Virus record (IMG/VR): IMGVR_UViG_3300012943_000012
Span: 1-49,463 of that record
DNA: 49,463 nt
Source: a virus
Taxonomy: Duplodnaviria; Caudoviricetes
Strand: one strand, 5' to 3'
The first letter of the stretch is position 1; every line of letters begins with the position of its first letter. The notes beneath the pieces were generated by a model that worked only from the letters and a program-made list of their open reading frames with translations, was not told the origin of the DNA and did no database searches. The translations under genes and the position numbers were made by a program. Shown here in pieces: positions 21,001 through 30,664 of the stretch.

Positions 21001-23064
21001 ACCACCCATAGGAGTCCAACGATCAAAGAAGTTCAGGTTAACCTTAAGGGGCTGCCAACCCTGAGCTTCAGTTACATCATTAGGGGCAATTCTATACTCA
21101 TGGTCAACAGATACTAAGTAATCGTCTACATGGTTAGGATTAGCTTCCTTGAGCTTAGCCACCTCATCAAGGTCCGTGGGAACATACTTCTCACCATCTC
21201 TACGAAGCAGGCCTAAGGCAGACTCATCCACACCAGTATTGCGGAGGGCAAACTTAGCCGTCTCCAGAGCATCACTAGCATCACTGAATCCATTTGCCTG
21301 AGGACCATATACACCTCTAAAGGAGAATCCCTGAGGGGTGTTAGTGAACTTAGCCTGATCAGGAACCAGCTGGAACATCTCCTGTCTAGGAGTCATACCA
21401 ACAGCCTCACTGAACTGATTCACCTTCCAAGAGCGGGCAGCAGCTGCCTCAGCCTGAAGATACTGGGTTTGGCCATCATGCTTGATAAAATTAACCAGCT
21501 CAGGTGGAATGGCATCCCTAGTCTGAGTGATGGCATCTGGGGCAGAAATCTTATTAGCCACAGAACCGTCTACATGGGCCACCTCGGGCATCATGGCGTT
21601 AGCCAAGGCATCCGTACGGGTGGTGCCTGCGAGGGCCTTAGCGGCCTCGTCAGAGGCATCTAGCTCCATACTACCAAAGGCATTACGGGCCATATCAATG
21701 TTGGTGTCTTTAAAGTTCTGATAGATGGATACAGGTTGTACCTGAGATCTCACACTATCACGGATGGCACTGCTAAGAACATTCTCAGGAGGCATCTTCT
21801 GATAAGGAACACCCGTGGAGCTATCATAAACCTGACGTTCACGACTTTTATAGAACTGGCCAAGACTATTCTTGTTGACCTTCTCATAGGAGGCCTCAGG
21901 AATGGTGTCATCAACCTTGGCTGTAGCCGCCTCAGGAGCCGCCTCAGCGGATGCCTTTTCAGCAGCATAGTTAGCCTCAAAGTCAGACTTAAAGGCTGCC
22001 TCAACGTCCTGTGCACCCTTACGGCCAGCATTATACTCGGCAAGGGCCTTACCATACTTACCAGCAACCTTAGCTCCCTTAAGGAGAGGACCACCAAGTA
22101 TGGTTAGATCAGCCCAGCTAGCCACATTATCTGCAAGAGCTTGACGGTCACTATAACCAGCACCACCAAGGATGTCCTGAAGATTTTGCCTACGAGCTTC
22201 ATCATTAAGATCATTTACTACAATGTTAGAATTAGTGTTGATCAGGTTAGCCATACTCTGGGCTGCACCCAGCTGCTGATCAGGCGGGAGAGACTCAATG
22301 GAATCTCTCAGATATTTGTTGGAGTTACCCACACCACCAAGGAAGGTCTTAAGGAAGGCCGACACTGGAGCACCAGACTGATCAGCTCTGATACGAGCCG
22401 TCATAAACTGTCTAGCAAAAGGGAGAGCTGAGCTAGCCATATCATAGGCATGCTGTGCTGCATCAGGCTGAGACATTGACATGGCGGAAGTATACACCCG
22501 CTGAATGTCCTGCTTATTCTGATTCATTTCAGTGGTGATAGCAGCTAGATTAAATCTAACCTTATCCTGCTCAGCATTAGGAGTGCCATGGACATCGGCA
22601 TCAATGGCCTTAGTGGAGAGCATATTGGCTGGAGAATAGATGGCACTATTCTTATCATACACTTGGCCAACAGCAGCTTTCTTCTGCTCGTCAGTGAGAT
22701 TAGGATTTGCCAAAATATTCATGAGGGGATCTTTATTCTGCTGCATAGCATTGTCACGAGCCTGACCAAACAACTGTGTGGCAGTCTGAGACTGACCCTC
22801 AGATGTATCCTCAGCGAGAGCCTGACGATAACTATCAATCATACTCTGGGCTGCCGTACCACTCGGGCTGAGGGCTGAGGCATACGCAGCTGTATTGATA
22901 GAGGAGGGCAGGTTAACCACCGGAGCAACCGGCTCTACACCTGGAGAGAAGTCTGACAGAGCAGGCTCCTGACCATCACCCATCAAGCTAAGCTGCTTTA
23001 GGCTCATAGGAGCCTTAGGCCTCAAGTTGGGGGTTTTGAGATTGCTACCAATGGTATTGGCCAT
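18019..23064 (-). CDS. Large internal virion protein (1681 aa)
   Basis: Size and synteny; no catalytic motif recognised. Confidence 0.65.
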   Translation of the reverse strand: MANTIGSNLKTPNLRPKAPMSLKQLSLMGDGQEPALSDFSPGVEPVAPVVNLPSSINTAAYASALSPSGTAAQSMIDSYRQALAEDTSEGQSQTATQLFGQARDNAMQQNKDPLMNILANPNLTDEQKKAAVGQVYDKNSAIYSPANMLSTKAIDADVHGTPNAEQDKVRFNLAAITTEMNQNKQDIQRVYTSAMSMSQPDAAQHAYDMASSALPFARQFMTARIRADQSGAPVSAFLKTFLGGVGNSNKYLRDSIESLPPDQQLGAAQSMANLINTNSNIVVNDLNDEARRQNLQDILGGAGYSDRQALADNVASWADLTILGGPLLKGAKVAGKYGKALAEYNAGRKGAQDVEAAFKSDFEANYAAEKASAEAAPEAATAKVDDTIPEASYEKVNKNSLGQFYKSRERQVYDSSTGVPYQKMPPENVLSSAIRDSVRSQVQPVSIYQNFKDTNIDMARNAFGSMELDASDEAAKALAGTTRTDALANAMMPEVAHVDGSVANKISAPDAITQTRDAIPPELVNFIKHDGQTQYLQAEAAAARSWKVNQFSEAVGMTPRQEMFQLVPDQAKFTNTPQGFSFRGVYGPQANGFSDASDALETAKFALRNTGVDESALGLLRRDGEKYVPTDLDEVAKLKEANPNHVDDYLVSVDHEYRIAPNDVTEAQGWQPLKVNLNFFDRWTPMGGTQGTFSNILFDPQSMLDRVIVQPAVVGTDRAAGIEKAFLRQIGDFATDWKRLSPAEQSVLHNEINEANLMSRQYDTVKLMAAGASQEGMATLKKFKDFWDGVWHLKNEYFAKQLDKAGYEEFIHAGSQTNLPVRRVAQASVSSGVNVWDAATDTIQNLTKADVQTLYKNGGGIAKLRQPILTQGGDVGEHVIHLNQPGGGYLRKFTPSSQVLAYRPGYYGIDYKDPFHVIEKVKDANGKVIYEKSVATAKNTKEADLVARRMTSQGPNEFYYRKDTRLSDGNRFEQEYDVHQAKGMSSFRRRGALLEDSTGNATNMSDTRLRNPVETMVGQAVPLSKKIALSDVIDSIKQRGIAQYGDLLPKGEYNQPMIPTDMRKIKYRGGVNENQSRVADARTTFGYANYLENSYTNLLDDGIKAAFHNVADIVGKVSGKGEELTRDLANKSLTNGMKSVSYYAYLGLAPLRQLVVQGHQAVMLGALNPSWLASVKAFSQPAYLAMRTLGSDASHATMIALAKNAWGDSQTAEKVFDQFVRSGLGAAVDHQNMITGAVNDMAANMVAQSQNSLVGRVTKVPHAIANFSRKIGFDAGEFYSSSMSWLAHRDLAEKQGLNVFADDIADKVHAASRNYTGNMNSAGDLASNKNALSMVFQYTQNTQKMILNMTTNRAIPWQLKAKMAALSTVLFGTGSYVIDLGKYTNSITNPDAKEAVSNGVEGWFFNKALSLASGQKSEIDWSGLSPFNAHGTLDLVHNIFTSNIGDILANSPSASMFFGSNPRVTKAVGDMARYTNLVDDYQDPTTFLQVAKDFASISSGMSAYFKASYLLQTRQKIGSTGTITQENVDKVNAIGAILGFPTETETALQKITQNNIQNKKDMEADFSQWYRNAKAHYSNPDLNGNDLEHTQKMLTEYYRVYGNNNPVLQRLMDQKLKADLDAGDASMYNMVMRNCPMYSKGDCLNLIEATPFSNPQDKQDLKDLLIFGNQFQDKPYDGKDN

Positions 23065-23073
23065 GATTCATCC

Positions 23074-23541
23074 TTAAGCAAATAGATTATTTACACTCTG
23101 TTTAAACTGTGGAGTATTAGAGAACACATTGAATGAGGAGCTAGCTAGACTTCCAATAGCACCGAAGGTAGCCGCATTACCCTGAGCATCCGAAGCCTTA
23201 TTCTGATAAGCTAGGACACCACTCTGTGTACTTTGATTCTGAGAGATGGTGGCAACATTACTACCCACCTGAGAACCCAAAGCTGAGATACCACCAATTT
23301 CACCAGAACTACCTAGGGTACCAGTGTTAGCTGAGCCCTGCATAATCTGTGCGGTTCGTACTCTCTGCTGTCGTACCTGTGATCTAATATCAGCCTGAGT
23401 GGCAGCCTGATTCTGGGCAGCCTGTACCTCTGAGGCATTCTTCTGTGCCTTCCTTGCTTTCTGTTGCTCTTGGTTCTGCATATAAGCTGAACCAGCTGCA
23501 ACTACAAGTGAGGCAATAGCAAGTGCAGTTACAACACCCAT
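23074..23541 (-). CDS. Small internal virion protein (T7 gp14-like position)
   Basis: Hydrophobic N-terminus, Ala/Gln/Ser-rich. Confidence 0.65.
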   Translation of the reverse strand: MGVVTALAIASLVVAAGSAYMQNQEQQKARKAQKNASEVQAAQNQAATQADIRSQVRQQRVRTAQIMQGSANTGTLGSSGEIGGISALGSQVGSNVATISQNQSTQSGVLAYQNKASDAQGNAATFGAIGSLASSSFNVFSNTPQFKQSVNNLFA

Positions 23542-23544
23542 TAT

Positions 23545-24009
23545 TCAATCCTCAAGTAAGATTTTCTCATAAACATTTTCTGTATGTCTGTAGCCATACT
23601 TAAGAGGTATATCCTCATTGTGGCCAACCTGAAAGGCTAGGACTTGGCTAATAACACCATTATCAATGAGAAGCTGTTCCATAGCAGCTAACATATCAAG
23701 GAAGATACCACCCTTACGATGTTCCTTCTCAACGAAAATAGCCAACTCTTTAGCCACGAAGGTAGAGGAGAACATGTCAGGACTCACTAGATTAGTAAAG
23801 TACCCAATCAGTTTATCCTCCTCATCCCTTGCAGTAATGATATGAATCAGACCATTATCCATACAGATCTTTAGAAACTGCCAGTTGTAATTCTCTGGGA
23901 CTTTATCAACCTTATGTTCAAAAACTTCAGCATAGTGCTTCTTACCAAGTTTAAGACATTCAGCCATAGCTTTAAGGTTGGACTCTTCCTGAATCTTATA
24001 CATTACCAT
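23545..24009 (-). CDS. GNAT-fold protein (T7 gp13-like position)
   Basis: IFVEKEHRKGG acetyl-CoA-binding-like motif and KYGY. Confidence 0.7.
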   Translation of the reverse strand: MVMYKIQEESNLKAMAECLKLGKKHYAEVFEHKVDKVPENYNWQFLKICMDNGLIHIITARDEEDKLIGYFTNLVSPDMFSSTFVAKELAIFVEKEHRKGGIFLDMLAAMEQLLIDNGVISQVLAFQVGHNEDIPLKYGYRHTENVYEKILLED

Positions 24010-25888
24010 TAACTCCCAAATTCATAGACCAACCAAGAAGCTCCATATGCTTACCCGGCTCTGATTCAAACAGGATGGATACAGCTTTACCATAACCCCT
24101 AACTTTAGTCCTAGTCTCTACAACAGAATAACCACTATCAAACTTATCAGGACTATCAGGATAGTACACATTTCTTAACCTATACAACTGCTGAGGTTGT
24201 GACCATTTATTAGAGTTAGCACTATTAGTCCAGTCCCACTGAGTAGTCATAATACATGAGGACTGATTGGCCAATGTAAGGTCACCATCTCCTGTACCAT
24301 CATCAACAAGACCAGTTTCAGTCTGATTGAAATGGGTGGTCATGTAAACAATATCTTTCTTTCTCTGGGTGTCACCACCATTGAGTGCACCAGTCAAAAG
24401 ATAGGATTTAGCATCCACACCCACACCATCAAAACTAACCCAATCATAATGGTTAGGTTCAGAGTAGTTACCAAAGGTAAACTGGATATTAGACTCATAT
24501 GCTGTGATAACTAGATACTGGACATCCTTAATATTACCTAAGGTGTCATCAAAAGCTGTTACAGAAACCTGAACACCATCATTATTACTATCAATGACAT
24601 TACTACCATCACTAATAATGACATCATTAGACCTAATTGGCTGGGAGAAAGGATTAACATTCACCCCACCAATAACTGCTGGTAGTCCACTGCTGCTTAC
24701 ATCTTGGATAGTGTACTTAGAATATACACCGTTAGTTACATCCAAAATAAGCTCAGTGGTCTTAATAGTACTGTCTTTACGATTACCATATACCCACTTA
24801 ATCTTCTGTTCAAACTCATCATAAACACCCTGAGAGGTTTTAATATCAGCAGATGCAATGGAGTTGTACAAGGTCTTAAGGGTCTTTCTGGTGATGTTAT
24901 TGGCTACAAAGTCACCATACTCATTAGTAGTCAGAGTATAGATACCATCTCTGCTCCAATAGAATACAGCATTACCAACCACTACCACAGATCCGGGGGA
25001 TACACAGCCTGCTGTGGTAATCTTAGTAACCTGATAGTTTGTGGCTGTGAAGCCTGAGCTTGCACCACCACTGACAGTCCAAGCACCATTCTCAGCTAGG
25101 ATTACCAAGCCAGTCTGGATGCTCTGCATGGCACAAATACCATAAGCGCCATCAATACGTATGAAGCCACCATCAGTGTCAACTAGATCACTACTATCAG
25201 GGGATGTAGGATCAGCAGCCTGATAACAACGATAGATGGAAGAAGCATCCTGCACTAGGGAGCTAAACAATACATAAGAAGACATCTTGGGGCTGCTAGA
25301 GTCACCATCATTAAGGGCTCCGGGGAAACCACCATAGAATACTCTCCCAGCATACTCAGCTACAACACTAGGACCACCAGGAGTTTCATCAGCAGGTAGT
25401 GTATCAATGTTGTAAGTGTTCTGAGGATACTGGGCCATCATCTGAGCAAACACTTGCTTTCTGCTAGCACCACGAGATAAGGCATCAATGATGAAGTAAC
25501 CCATAGGAGCTTGTGCAGTACCGATAGGATTAGCAACACAGTCCTTAGCATTAAATCTAACTACAAACTTATCACCATCTGAGTTAGTATTAGCATAGAC
25601 GAAAGCATTAATGTAATCTGCATTAGCTGGGAAAGCACCACCTGATGCTCCAGTGAACTGGCTGATCAGATCAACAGGGGTTGTACCACCATCAAAGGAT
25701 GGCTTAGGTGCAGACCAACCCTGATTTCTGAGGTTATACAGGTGTCTTGAAGTAAGGACCCTAGGCCTAAGGGTTACATTAGTACCTTCCCTAAGGTTCT
25801 TACCAGTGATGTTAGCAGTCTCTGAGCCACCAGTAATTGGACCAGAACCGGAGCCACCGCCTTCACCGGGAGAATCAATTGGAAGCAT
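23996..25888 (-). CDS. Tail tubular protein B/nozzle, main (C-terminal) part
   Basis: Beta-propeller-like repeats, YAGRVFY, C-terminal KVRGYG...LLGW; synteny. Confidence 0.75.
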   Translation of the reverse strand: MLPIDSPGEGGGSGSGPITGGSETANITGKNLREGTNVTLRPRVLTSRHLYNLRNQGWSAPKPSFDGGTTPVDLISQFTGASGGAFPANADYINAFVYANTNSDGDKFVVRFNAKDCVANPIGTAQAPMGYFIIDALSRGASRKQVFAQMMAQYPQNTYNIDTLPADETPGGPSVVAEYAGRVFYGGFPGALNDGDSSSPKMSSYVLFSSLVQDASSIYRCYQAADPTSPDSSDLVDTDGGFIRIDGAYGICAMQSIQTGLVILAENGAWTVSGGASSGFTATNYQVTKITTAGCVSPGSVVVVGNAVFYWSRDGIYTLTTNEYGDFVANNITRKTLKTLYNSIASADIKTSQGVYDEFEQKIKWVYGNRKDSTIKTTELILDVTNGVYSKYTIQDVSSSGLPAVIGGVNVNPFSQPIRSNDVIISDGSNVIDSNNDGVQVSVTAFDDTLGNIKDVQYLVITAYESNIQFTFGNYSEPNHYDWVSFDGVGVDAKSYLLTGALNGGDTQRKKDIVYMTTHFNQTETGLVDDGTGDGDLTLANQSSCIMTTQWDWTNSANSNKWSQPQQLYRLRNVYYPDSPDKFDSGYSVVETRTKVRGYGKAVSILFESEPGKHMELLGWSMNLGVNGNV

Positions 25889-25899
25889 TATGAATCTCC

Positions 25900-26421
25900 T
25901 TAGGCTGCGATGTCAGTGACACCAAACAAATCTCTAATCAAAAGTCTCTTAGATAGCACACTAAACCCACCATTATCATAGGTGTATACATCAATATCTT
26001 TGCCACCAGTAACTACAACCAATCTACCATCCACAGATGCAAAGGACATATTAGACGTTGTGTTATAGTCCTTATAACCAATTAAGGAAGCTGAGATTGG
26101 TTGGGCTGTGCCATCAAAGAAGTGAATTCTATTCTGAATCTGGACCACAATGAATGTCTGACTGGAATCTCCACCAACATTATCCCACTTATAAGAATTA
26201 AAAACAACGTCAGTTCCAACTGGAAGAGTTTGACCACTATCAACTATAACATAATTCTGTTCGTAGTCAAAACCATTTCTTCGAGTTCTTAAGCCTGTAC
26301 TATTAAGAATGAAGTTCTCTTCATCCATAGAGGCATTAGTTGGAAAAGTTAGAGGTGTAGCCTCGGTGACCAAACCTCCAACGAAGTTATTAAATTCTAC
26401 AGGTTGGTAACTACGAGGCAT
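25900..26421 (-). CDS. Tail tubular protein B/nozzle, N-terminal part
   Basis: NFVGGL...NF...GLRTRRNG start typical of nozzle proteins. Confidence 0.7.
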   Translation of the reverse strand: MPRSYQPVEFNNFVGGLVTEATPLTFPTNASMDEENFILNSTGLRTRRNGFDYEQNYVIVDSGQTLPVGTDVVFNSYKWDNVGGDSSQTFIVVQIQNRIHFFDGTAQPISASLIGYKDYNTTSNMSFASVDGRLVVVTGGKDIDVYTYDNGGFSVLSKRLLIRDLFGVTDIAA

Positions 26422-26429
26422 AGGTCACC

Positions 26430-26600
26430 TTATTCCTTTGGCTGTTTAGATTCTACGTAACGATCCACTGCAACCTTAGCAACTCTGATAGAGTTCCATT
26501 CACCACTTAGGGCCTTAGGGAGGGAGCCTTTACCAGTGTGTTTAATAATATGGTTGGCAGTGTTCTCACCAATTTCAATTAGGTAGCCTTTGTATTCCAT
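26430..26600 (-). CDS. 56-aa hypothetical protein (MEYKGYLIE...GKGSLPKALSG)
   Basis: TAATG overlap with tail tube A; clean ORF. Confidence 0.7.
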   Translation of the reverse strand: MEYKGYLIEIGENTANHIIKHTGKGSLPKALSGEWNSIRVAKVAVDRYVESKQPKE

Positions 26601-27406
26601 TAGTCATCTCTTTTAAAGGTTGGGTCACAACTACGACGACTGGCCATGTGACTAGCATGTCTGCCATAGTCTGGGAATTTGATACCTTGGTTAACTCGCT
26701 TATCTGTTCTAGCAAGCCACTTACGCTGACGTTGAGCTGCCTGTTCTGCTTTCTGGTCCGGCTGCTGTCTGACCTTCATAGAAGCTCTAGACTTAGCCTC
26801 TTCAAGCAGGAGGCTGAATGCCTTCTCTGGAAGATCAGGATAAGCATCATCAAGATGTGTCCAAGGAGGAGTTACATATGCATAGACCTGAATCTTATGC
26901 TTTTGAAGAGTATCATCAACAGATGAATCATAGGAATCAAAGATAAGAGTCTTGTCATTAAAGCTAGTGTAGTAGGTGGGAGCCTGATCATTCTTGATTG
27001 TAAATTCAACACCAGACTCAGGATCAACCATAGTCATATAGTTGGGTTGAGTATTATCTCTGTTATTACATACTCTCAGAAAATCATCAGGCTCAAGTAC
27101 TTTAATAGTATCGAACCGCCTACGCTCACCTTCACCAGCCTTAACCTTGTTATAGTTCACAAGAGTGATCTCACGGACCTCATCTTGCAGTCTCATAAGG
27201 ACAGGAAGGTTGTAATCACCACTAGCATTGACCTCAACTAACTTCCTAGTGTGAGGCCAGTTTCGACTATCAATTAACTCGGCATAGGTAGACTTAACAA
27301 TCTGGGCAACCTGCTGAGACTCCACAGTATCATCAATGGAGTTTACAGTGTCAGAGTCAAGATCATTAAGTATGTCTTGCACTATATCAAGAAGAGTCAT
27401 CTTCAT
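26600..27406 (-). CDS. Tail tubular protein A/adaptor
   Basis: TLLDIVQDIL...VNSI N-terminus; synteny. Confidence 0.8.
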   Translation of the reverse strand: MKMTLLDIVQDILNDLDSDTVNSIDDTVESQQVAQIVKSTYAELIDSRNWPHTRKLVEVNASGDYNLPVLMRLQDEVREITLVNYNKVKAGEGERRRFDTIKVLEPDDFLRVCNNRDNTQPNYMTMVDPESGVEFTIKNDQAPTYYTSFNDKTLIFDSYDSSVDDTLQKHKIQVYAYVTPPWTHLDDAYPDLPEKAFSLLLEEAKSRASMKVRQQPDQKAEQAAQRQRKWLARTDKRVNQGIKFPDYGRHASHMASRRSCDPTFKRDD

Positions 27407-28083
27407 TACTGGACACCTTGATATTTATAGATAGTAACTTCGGCAGCTGGATCTACAGCCCAACCTGAAGTATTAGGAGCTGACTGGGCTAGGCCACCAA
27501 TGGAAGCACCTGCTGAATCAGAGGCAATCTGAAAGGTAATAACTGAGCCAGCAGCTGCATCGATGAAGAAGGTTTCAGCCCAGCCAGAGATCTGATTAGC
27601 TGCCAACTGGACTCGATGGGTGGGCTCATAAGGACTGCCATTAAGCAAGACCCTAAAGAAGACAATGGAACCTGAAGCACCAGCTGCAAAGTTTAGATCA
27701 TATCTGATGGCATACTGACCAGCTGTGGTCAGAGTTACAGCACCAGCAGCACTTACAGCCACATCGGTGTTTGAAGCAGCAGCACCGAAAAGTACCTGTA
27801 GTGCGGTATTAGAAGCACCGGGAGTTTGAGTAGCTGATGTGCTCTGGCTACTAAGGCTTAGGGCATAACCCTTAGAGGTGGCCTTAACACCAAGGTCAGT
27901 ATAATTAACCTTACGGAACGTGGTAGTGCCATCCCCATTAGCCATACAAGCGGTACCAGCAACTGCCGTGGATGCGCCTTTAGCTTCATGCCTATCGGCA
28001 TCTGAGATGACTGAATGTTGAATAGTAGCGATGGCTGTTCTCCAAAGAAAGGCCCCCACCATAAGGCAGGGGCCGTGTAACAT
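27406..28083 (-). CDS. Virion structural/fibre-like protein; start uncertain (28083 ATG or 28032 ATC)
   Basis: H...HEAKG N-terminal motif and beta-rich C-terminal domain. Confidence 0.6.
   Translation of the reverse strand: MLHGPCLMVGAFLWRTAIATIQHSVISDADRHEAKGASTAVAGTACMANGDGTTTFRKVNYTDLGVKATSKGYALSLSSQSTSATQTPGASNTALQVLFGAAASNTDVAVSAAGAVTLTTAGQYAIRYDLNFAAGASGSIVFFRVLLNGSPYEPTHRVQLAANQISGWAETFFIDAAAGSVITFQIASDSAGASIGGLAQSAPNTSGWAVDPAAEVTIYKYQGVQ
28044..28074 (-). terminator. Intrinsic terminator after the capsid gene block
   Basis: GGCCCCTGCC-TTAT-GGTGGGGGCC followed by TTTCTTT on the - strand. Confidence 0.85.
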
Positions 28084-28277
28084 TAAGGAAGTGTTTCTTG
28101 TTCTCTTGTGACAAACTTACTAACACCAGTATTTTCCATCAACCCTTGATTTTGTAAATACTCAACAAGGTCCTGAAAAGCCCCATCATCCATACTCAAA
28201 GGCTCGCCAGTTGGAACAGCCTCCTGTACATTATAGATGTGAAGACCAGTTGTAACTACATAAGTTTGACTACCCAT
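28083..28277 (-). CDS. Hypothetical protein
   Basis: AAGGAG RBS. Confidence 0.65.
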   Translation of the reverse strand: MGSQTYVVTTGLHIYNVQEAVPTGEPLSMDDGAFQDLVEYLQNQGLMENTGVSKFVTREQETLP

Positions 28278-28294
28278 GAACTCTCCTTAAAAAG

Positions 28295-28558
28295 TTAAAC
28301 AATAGATCCAGCCGCTCTAAGGTTAGTGAGCAAAGTGTTAAACTTTGCTACAATATCCGTAGTATCAACAGCGTTAGCAACAGTAGCTGCCTTCTTCACA
28401 ACACCGGCAACGGTAGTGCTAGCAGCAGTAGCGGCAGCAGCCGAACTTGGTGCACCAGCAGCAAACCAATCCGACATAAGCTGGCCAAAGGCCGTATGCT
28501 TGTTGGTCGGAAGAACAGTCTTGATGTGCTTACGCGCGGCATCATACCAGTCCTTCAT
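28295..28558 (-). CDS. Head-fibre-like small protein
   Basis: ASTTVAGVVKKA...KFNTLLTNLRAAG motif. Confidence 0.7.
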   Translation of the reverse strand: MKDWYDAARKHIKTVLPTNKHTAFGQLMSDWFAAGAPSSAAAATAASTTVAGVVKKAATVANAVDTTDIVAKFNTLLTNLRAAGSIV

Positions 28559-28941
28559 TACGGAGTAACCGCAGACAGGTCGAAGTCATCGCCCGGGACA
28601 TTATGGAACTTGATGATAATAAAACCACCAGTACCACCAGTCTGAGCAACAATACCCGTGTTAGCCGCCGGAATCTGCACAGGAGCAGCCTCAGTGGCTG
28701 CCAGAACAGCAACGCCACCAATGGACACAGCCGAGACCGTGCCAGTTGCAAAGGTCGTATCAACCTTATACACCTTGACATTATTCCGGCGGGGGAACTT
28801 ATAGATCAGGCCGCTAAACGGAAGATTGACAACATACTCATTGTCAAAACCATTCCGCTTAAAGACACCCTGCTCACCACCCGACTTGCGGGGGCCATAC
28901 TGGTTGCTGACATTCAGACCAGCACTATTTTCATAAGCCAT
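28558..28941 (-). CDS. Probable capsid decoration protein
   Basis: Directly after the major capsid gene, strong RBS, similar codon style. Confidence 0.6.
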   Translation of the reverse strand: MAYENSAGLNVSNQYGPRKSGGEQGVFKRNGFDNEYVVNLPFSGLIYKFPRRNNVKVYKVDTTFATGTVSAVSIGGVAVLAATEAAPVQIPAANTGIVAQTGGTGGFIIIKFHNVPGDDFDLSAVTP

Positions 28942-28955
28942 TATTTATTCTCCTA

Positions 28956-29897
28956 TTAGGCAATGGCAGTAGCGGAGGTGACAATGCCACCCAGCGTGTC
29001 AGTACGGGCAAGACCGAAACCATAGCGGCAACGGACAACGTACTCATCACGAGCACGATCCTTGTTACGCTCACCTTCAGCCTTGGGCATACGACGCCAT
29101 GCACCGAGAACCGGCTTGGTCTGATCGCTAGCCACACACATAGCAATGTTCAGGACGCCAGTGACCGAGGTCGTACCATCCGACCACGTGCCCTGAGGCA
29201 GGCGGTTCGAGGTAAGAATATCCCAACCAAACAGGCTCTGAACGAATCGCTGACCACGTGCCATACCCTCATTGAGGATGGCCTGACCGAACGGCGTGAC
29301 GTCATGCGTAATGGTAACGAGACCATTCAGCGTGGCTTCCACAACCGGATCAACAATCAGAACACGACCTTCAGCAGGAACGTTAGCCTTATCAAACGCG
29401 AGACGCAGCTTGATCAGATCCGAAAGGTCAAGGGTGTTATTAGCACCAGAGGCCGGGATCAGGTGGGCAAAACCATTGACTGCATGCGGGGTATTAGCCA
29501 GCGCATAGTAATCACCAACAGTCTTGAGGAAGTCAGTCTCAAAGCCTTCCTGAATAGCACGGGTCGATTCCGACGCACGCTCACCCATCAGCTGATCAAT
29601 CTGAGCACCGTCCTCACGAAGGTCATCAGTCACATACCAAGCATCACCCTTGTACTCAGTGATACGGAAGGTGATCTCACCAGTCTCAATCGGATTGTAC
29701 ACCAGCGGCGTATCTTCCTCGGCATCCTGAATAGTCACAGTACCGATAGTCTTAATATGGAGCGTTTCACCAGAACCGAAGTCACTCACATTACGCCAGA
29801 ACGACTGCGGGAGCAGACCATCATGGAGATTCTCATAAATGAACTGAGAGTAGACTTCCGACTCAATGAATGCACGCGAATTTTCGAGAAGCTGCAT
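28956..29897 (-). CDS. Major capsid protein
   Basis: HK97-fold podovirus motifs (GETLHIKTIG, DKANVPAEGR, FGWDILTSN, YG); synteny. Confidence 0.9.
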   Translation of the reverse strand: MQLLENSRAFIESEVYSQFIYENLHDGLLPQSFWRNVSDFGSGETLHIKTIGTVTIQDAEEDTPLVYNPIETGEITFRITEYKGDAWYVTDDLREDGAQIDQLMGERASESTRAIQEGFETDFLKTVGDYYALANTPHAVNGFAHLIPASGANNTLDLSDLIKLRLAFDKANVPAEGRVLIVDPVVEATLNGLVTITHDVTPFGQAILNEGMARGQRFVQSLFGWDILTSNRLPQGTWSDGTTSVTGVLNIAMCVASDQTKPVLGAWRRMPKAEGERNKDRARDEYVVRCRYGFGLARTDTLGGIVTSATAIA

Positions 29898-29908
29898 TTA
29901 TATTTCCT

Positions 29909-30655
29909 TTAGCTATCAATTCCGTATTTAGTATACACTTCATTACGAAGCTCAGCAAATCTATTACCCTGCTCCTTACGGTTTGCATGGATACCAGAAA
30001 GCAAACTGTGATCAGGCTTCTTAGAAGTCTCAATAACAGGCTTCGGAACTGGAGTGCGTTGATTAGATACGGTGGGGTTTGAGTCCTTATGGACAGGGTT
30101 GCCAAACAAGGCTAGGACTACGTCCGGGCTCTGCTTAGCGAGTTCTCCAAGTGCCTGTCTGGTAGTGCCTAGTTCCTTAGCCTTAACGTCGAGCATCTCG
30201 ACAGCCTTGTCACCAAACTTACCCAGAAGGGCATCATTAACTTTCTGCTGATTAGAACTCAACGTCGCATTCACGCGTTCAGTGTTGAGGCTATCAGCAA
30301 CAAGTTTACGAACTGCCTGCTCATCAAGACCCGTAACCTCTACAGGGGTAACTGTAGGAGTGGTCTGCTGCTCCAGGAGTCGCTGTACAGTCTCCTCAAT
30401 GTTGCTAAACTTACCCACCTGTTCCTTCAGTGCCTGCAACTCTGAGTTAGTACCAGTAAGCTGGTTCTTGAGTTCAGGAATGTACTTCTGGGAATGGTCG
30501 AGGGCAACTAGGGCATCTTCGAGGGTCTTGTACTTCTGTTCACCATGCTCATTCTTAATATTCTTGAGGAGGTCCTCGGGCTTAATCTGAACTGGTGTAG
30601 TGTCAACCGGCGGGGTAACAGGCTGATCACCAAAAACGTTTGACTGGTCGGTCAT
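29909..30655 (-). CDS. Capsid scaffolding protein
   Basis: KYKTLEDAL plus coiled coil; lies between portal and capsid genes. Confidence 0.8.
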   Translation of the reverse strand: MTDQSNVFGDQPVTPPVDTTPVQIKPEDLLKNIKNEHGEQKYKTLEDALVALDHSQKYIPELKNQLTGTNSELQALKEQVGKFSNIEETVQRLLEQQTTPTVTPVEVTGLDEQAVRKLVADSLNTERVNATLSSNQQKVNDALLGKFGDKAVEMLDVKAKELGTTRQALGELAKQSPDVVLALFGNPVHKDSNPTVSNQRTPVPKPVIETSKKPDHSLLSGIHANRKEQGNRFAELRNEVYTKYGIDS

Positions 30656-30664
30656 TTGAAATCC

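Noticed and set aside
18019-23064. Virion RNA polymerase or lytic domain in the 1681-aa protein
   Set aside because: No recognisable polymerase or transglycosylase motif.
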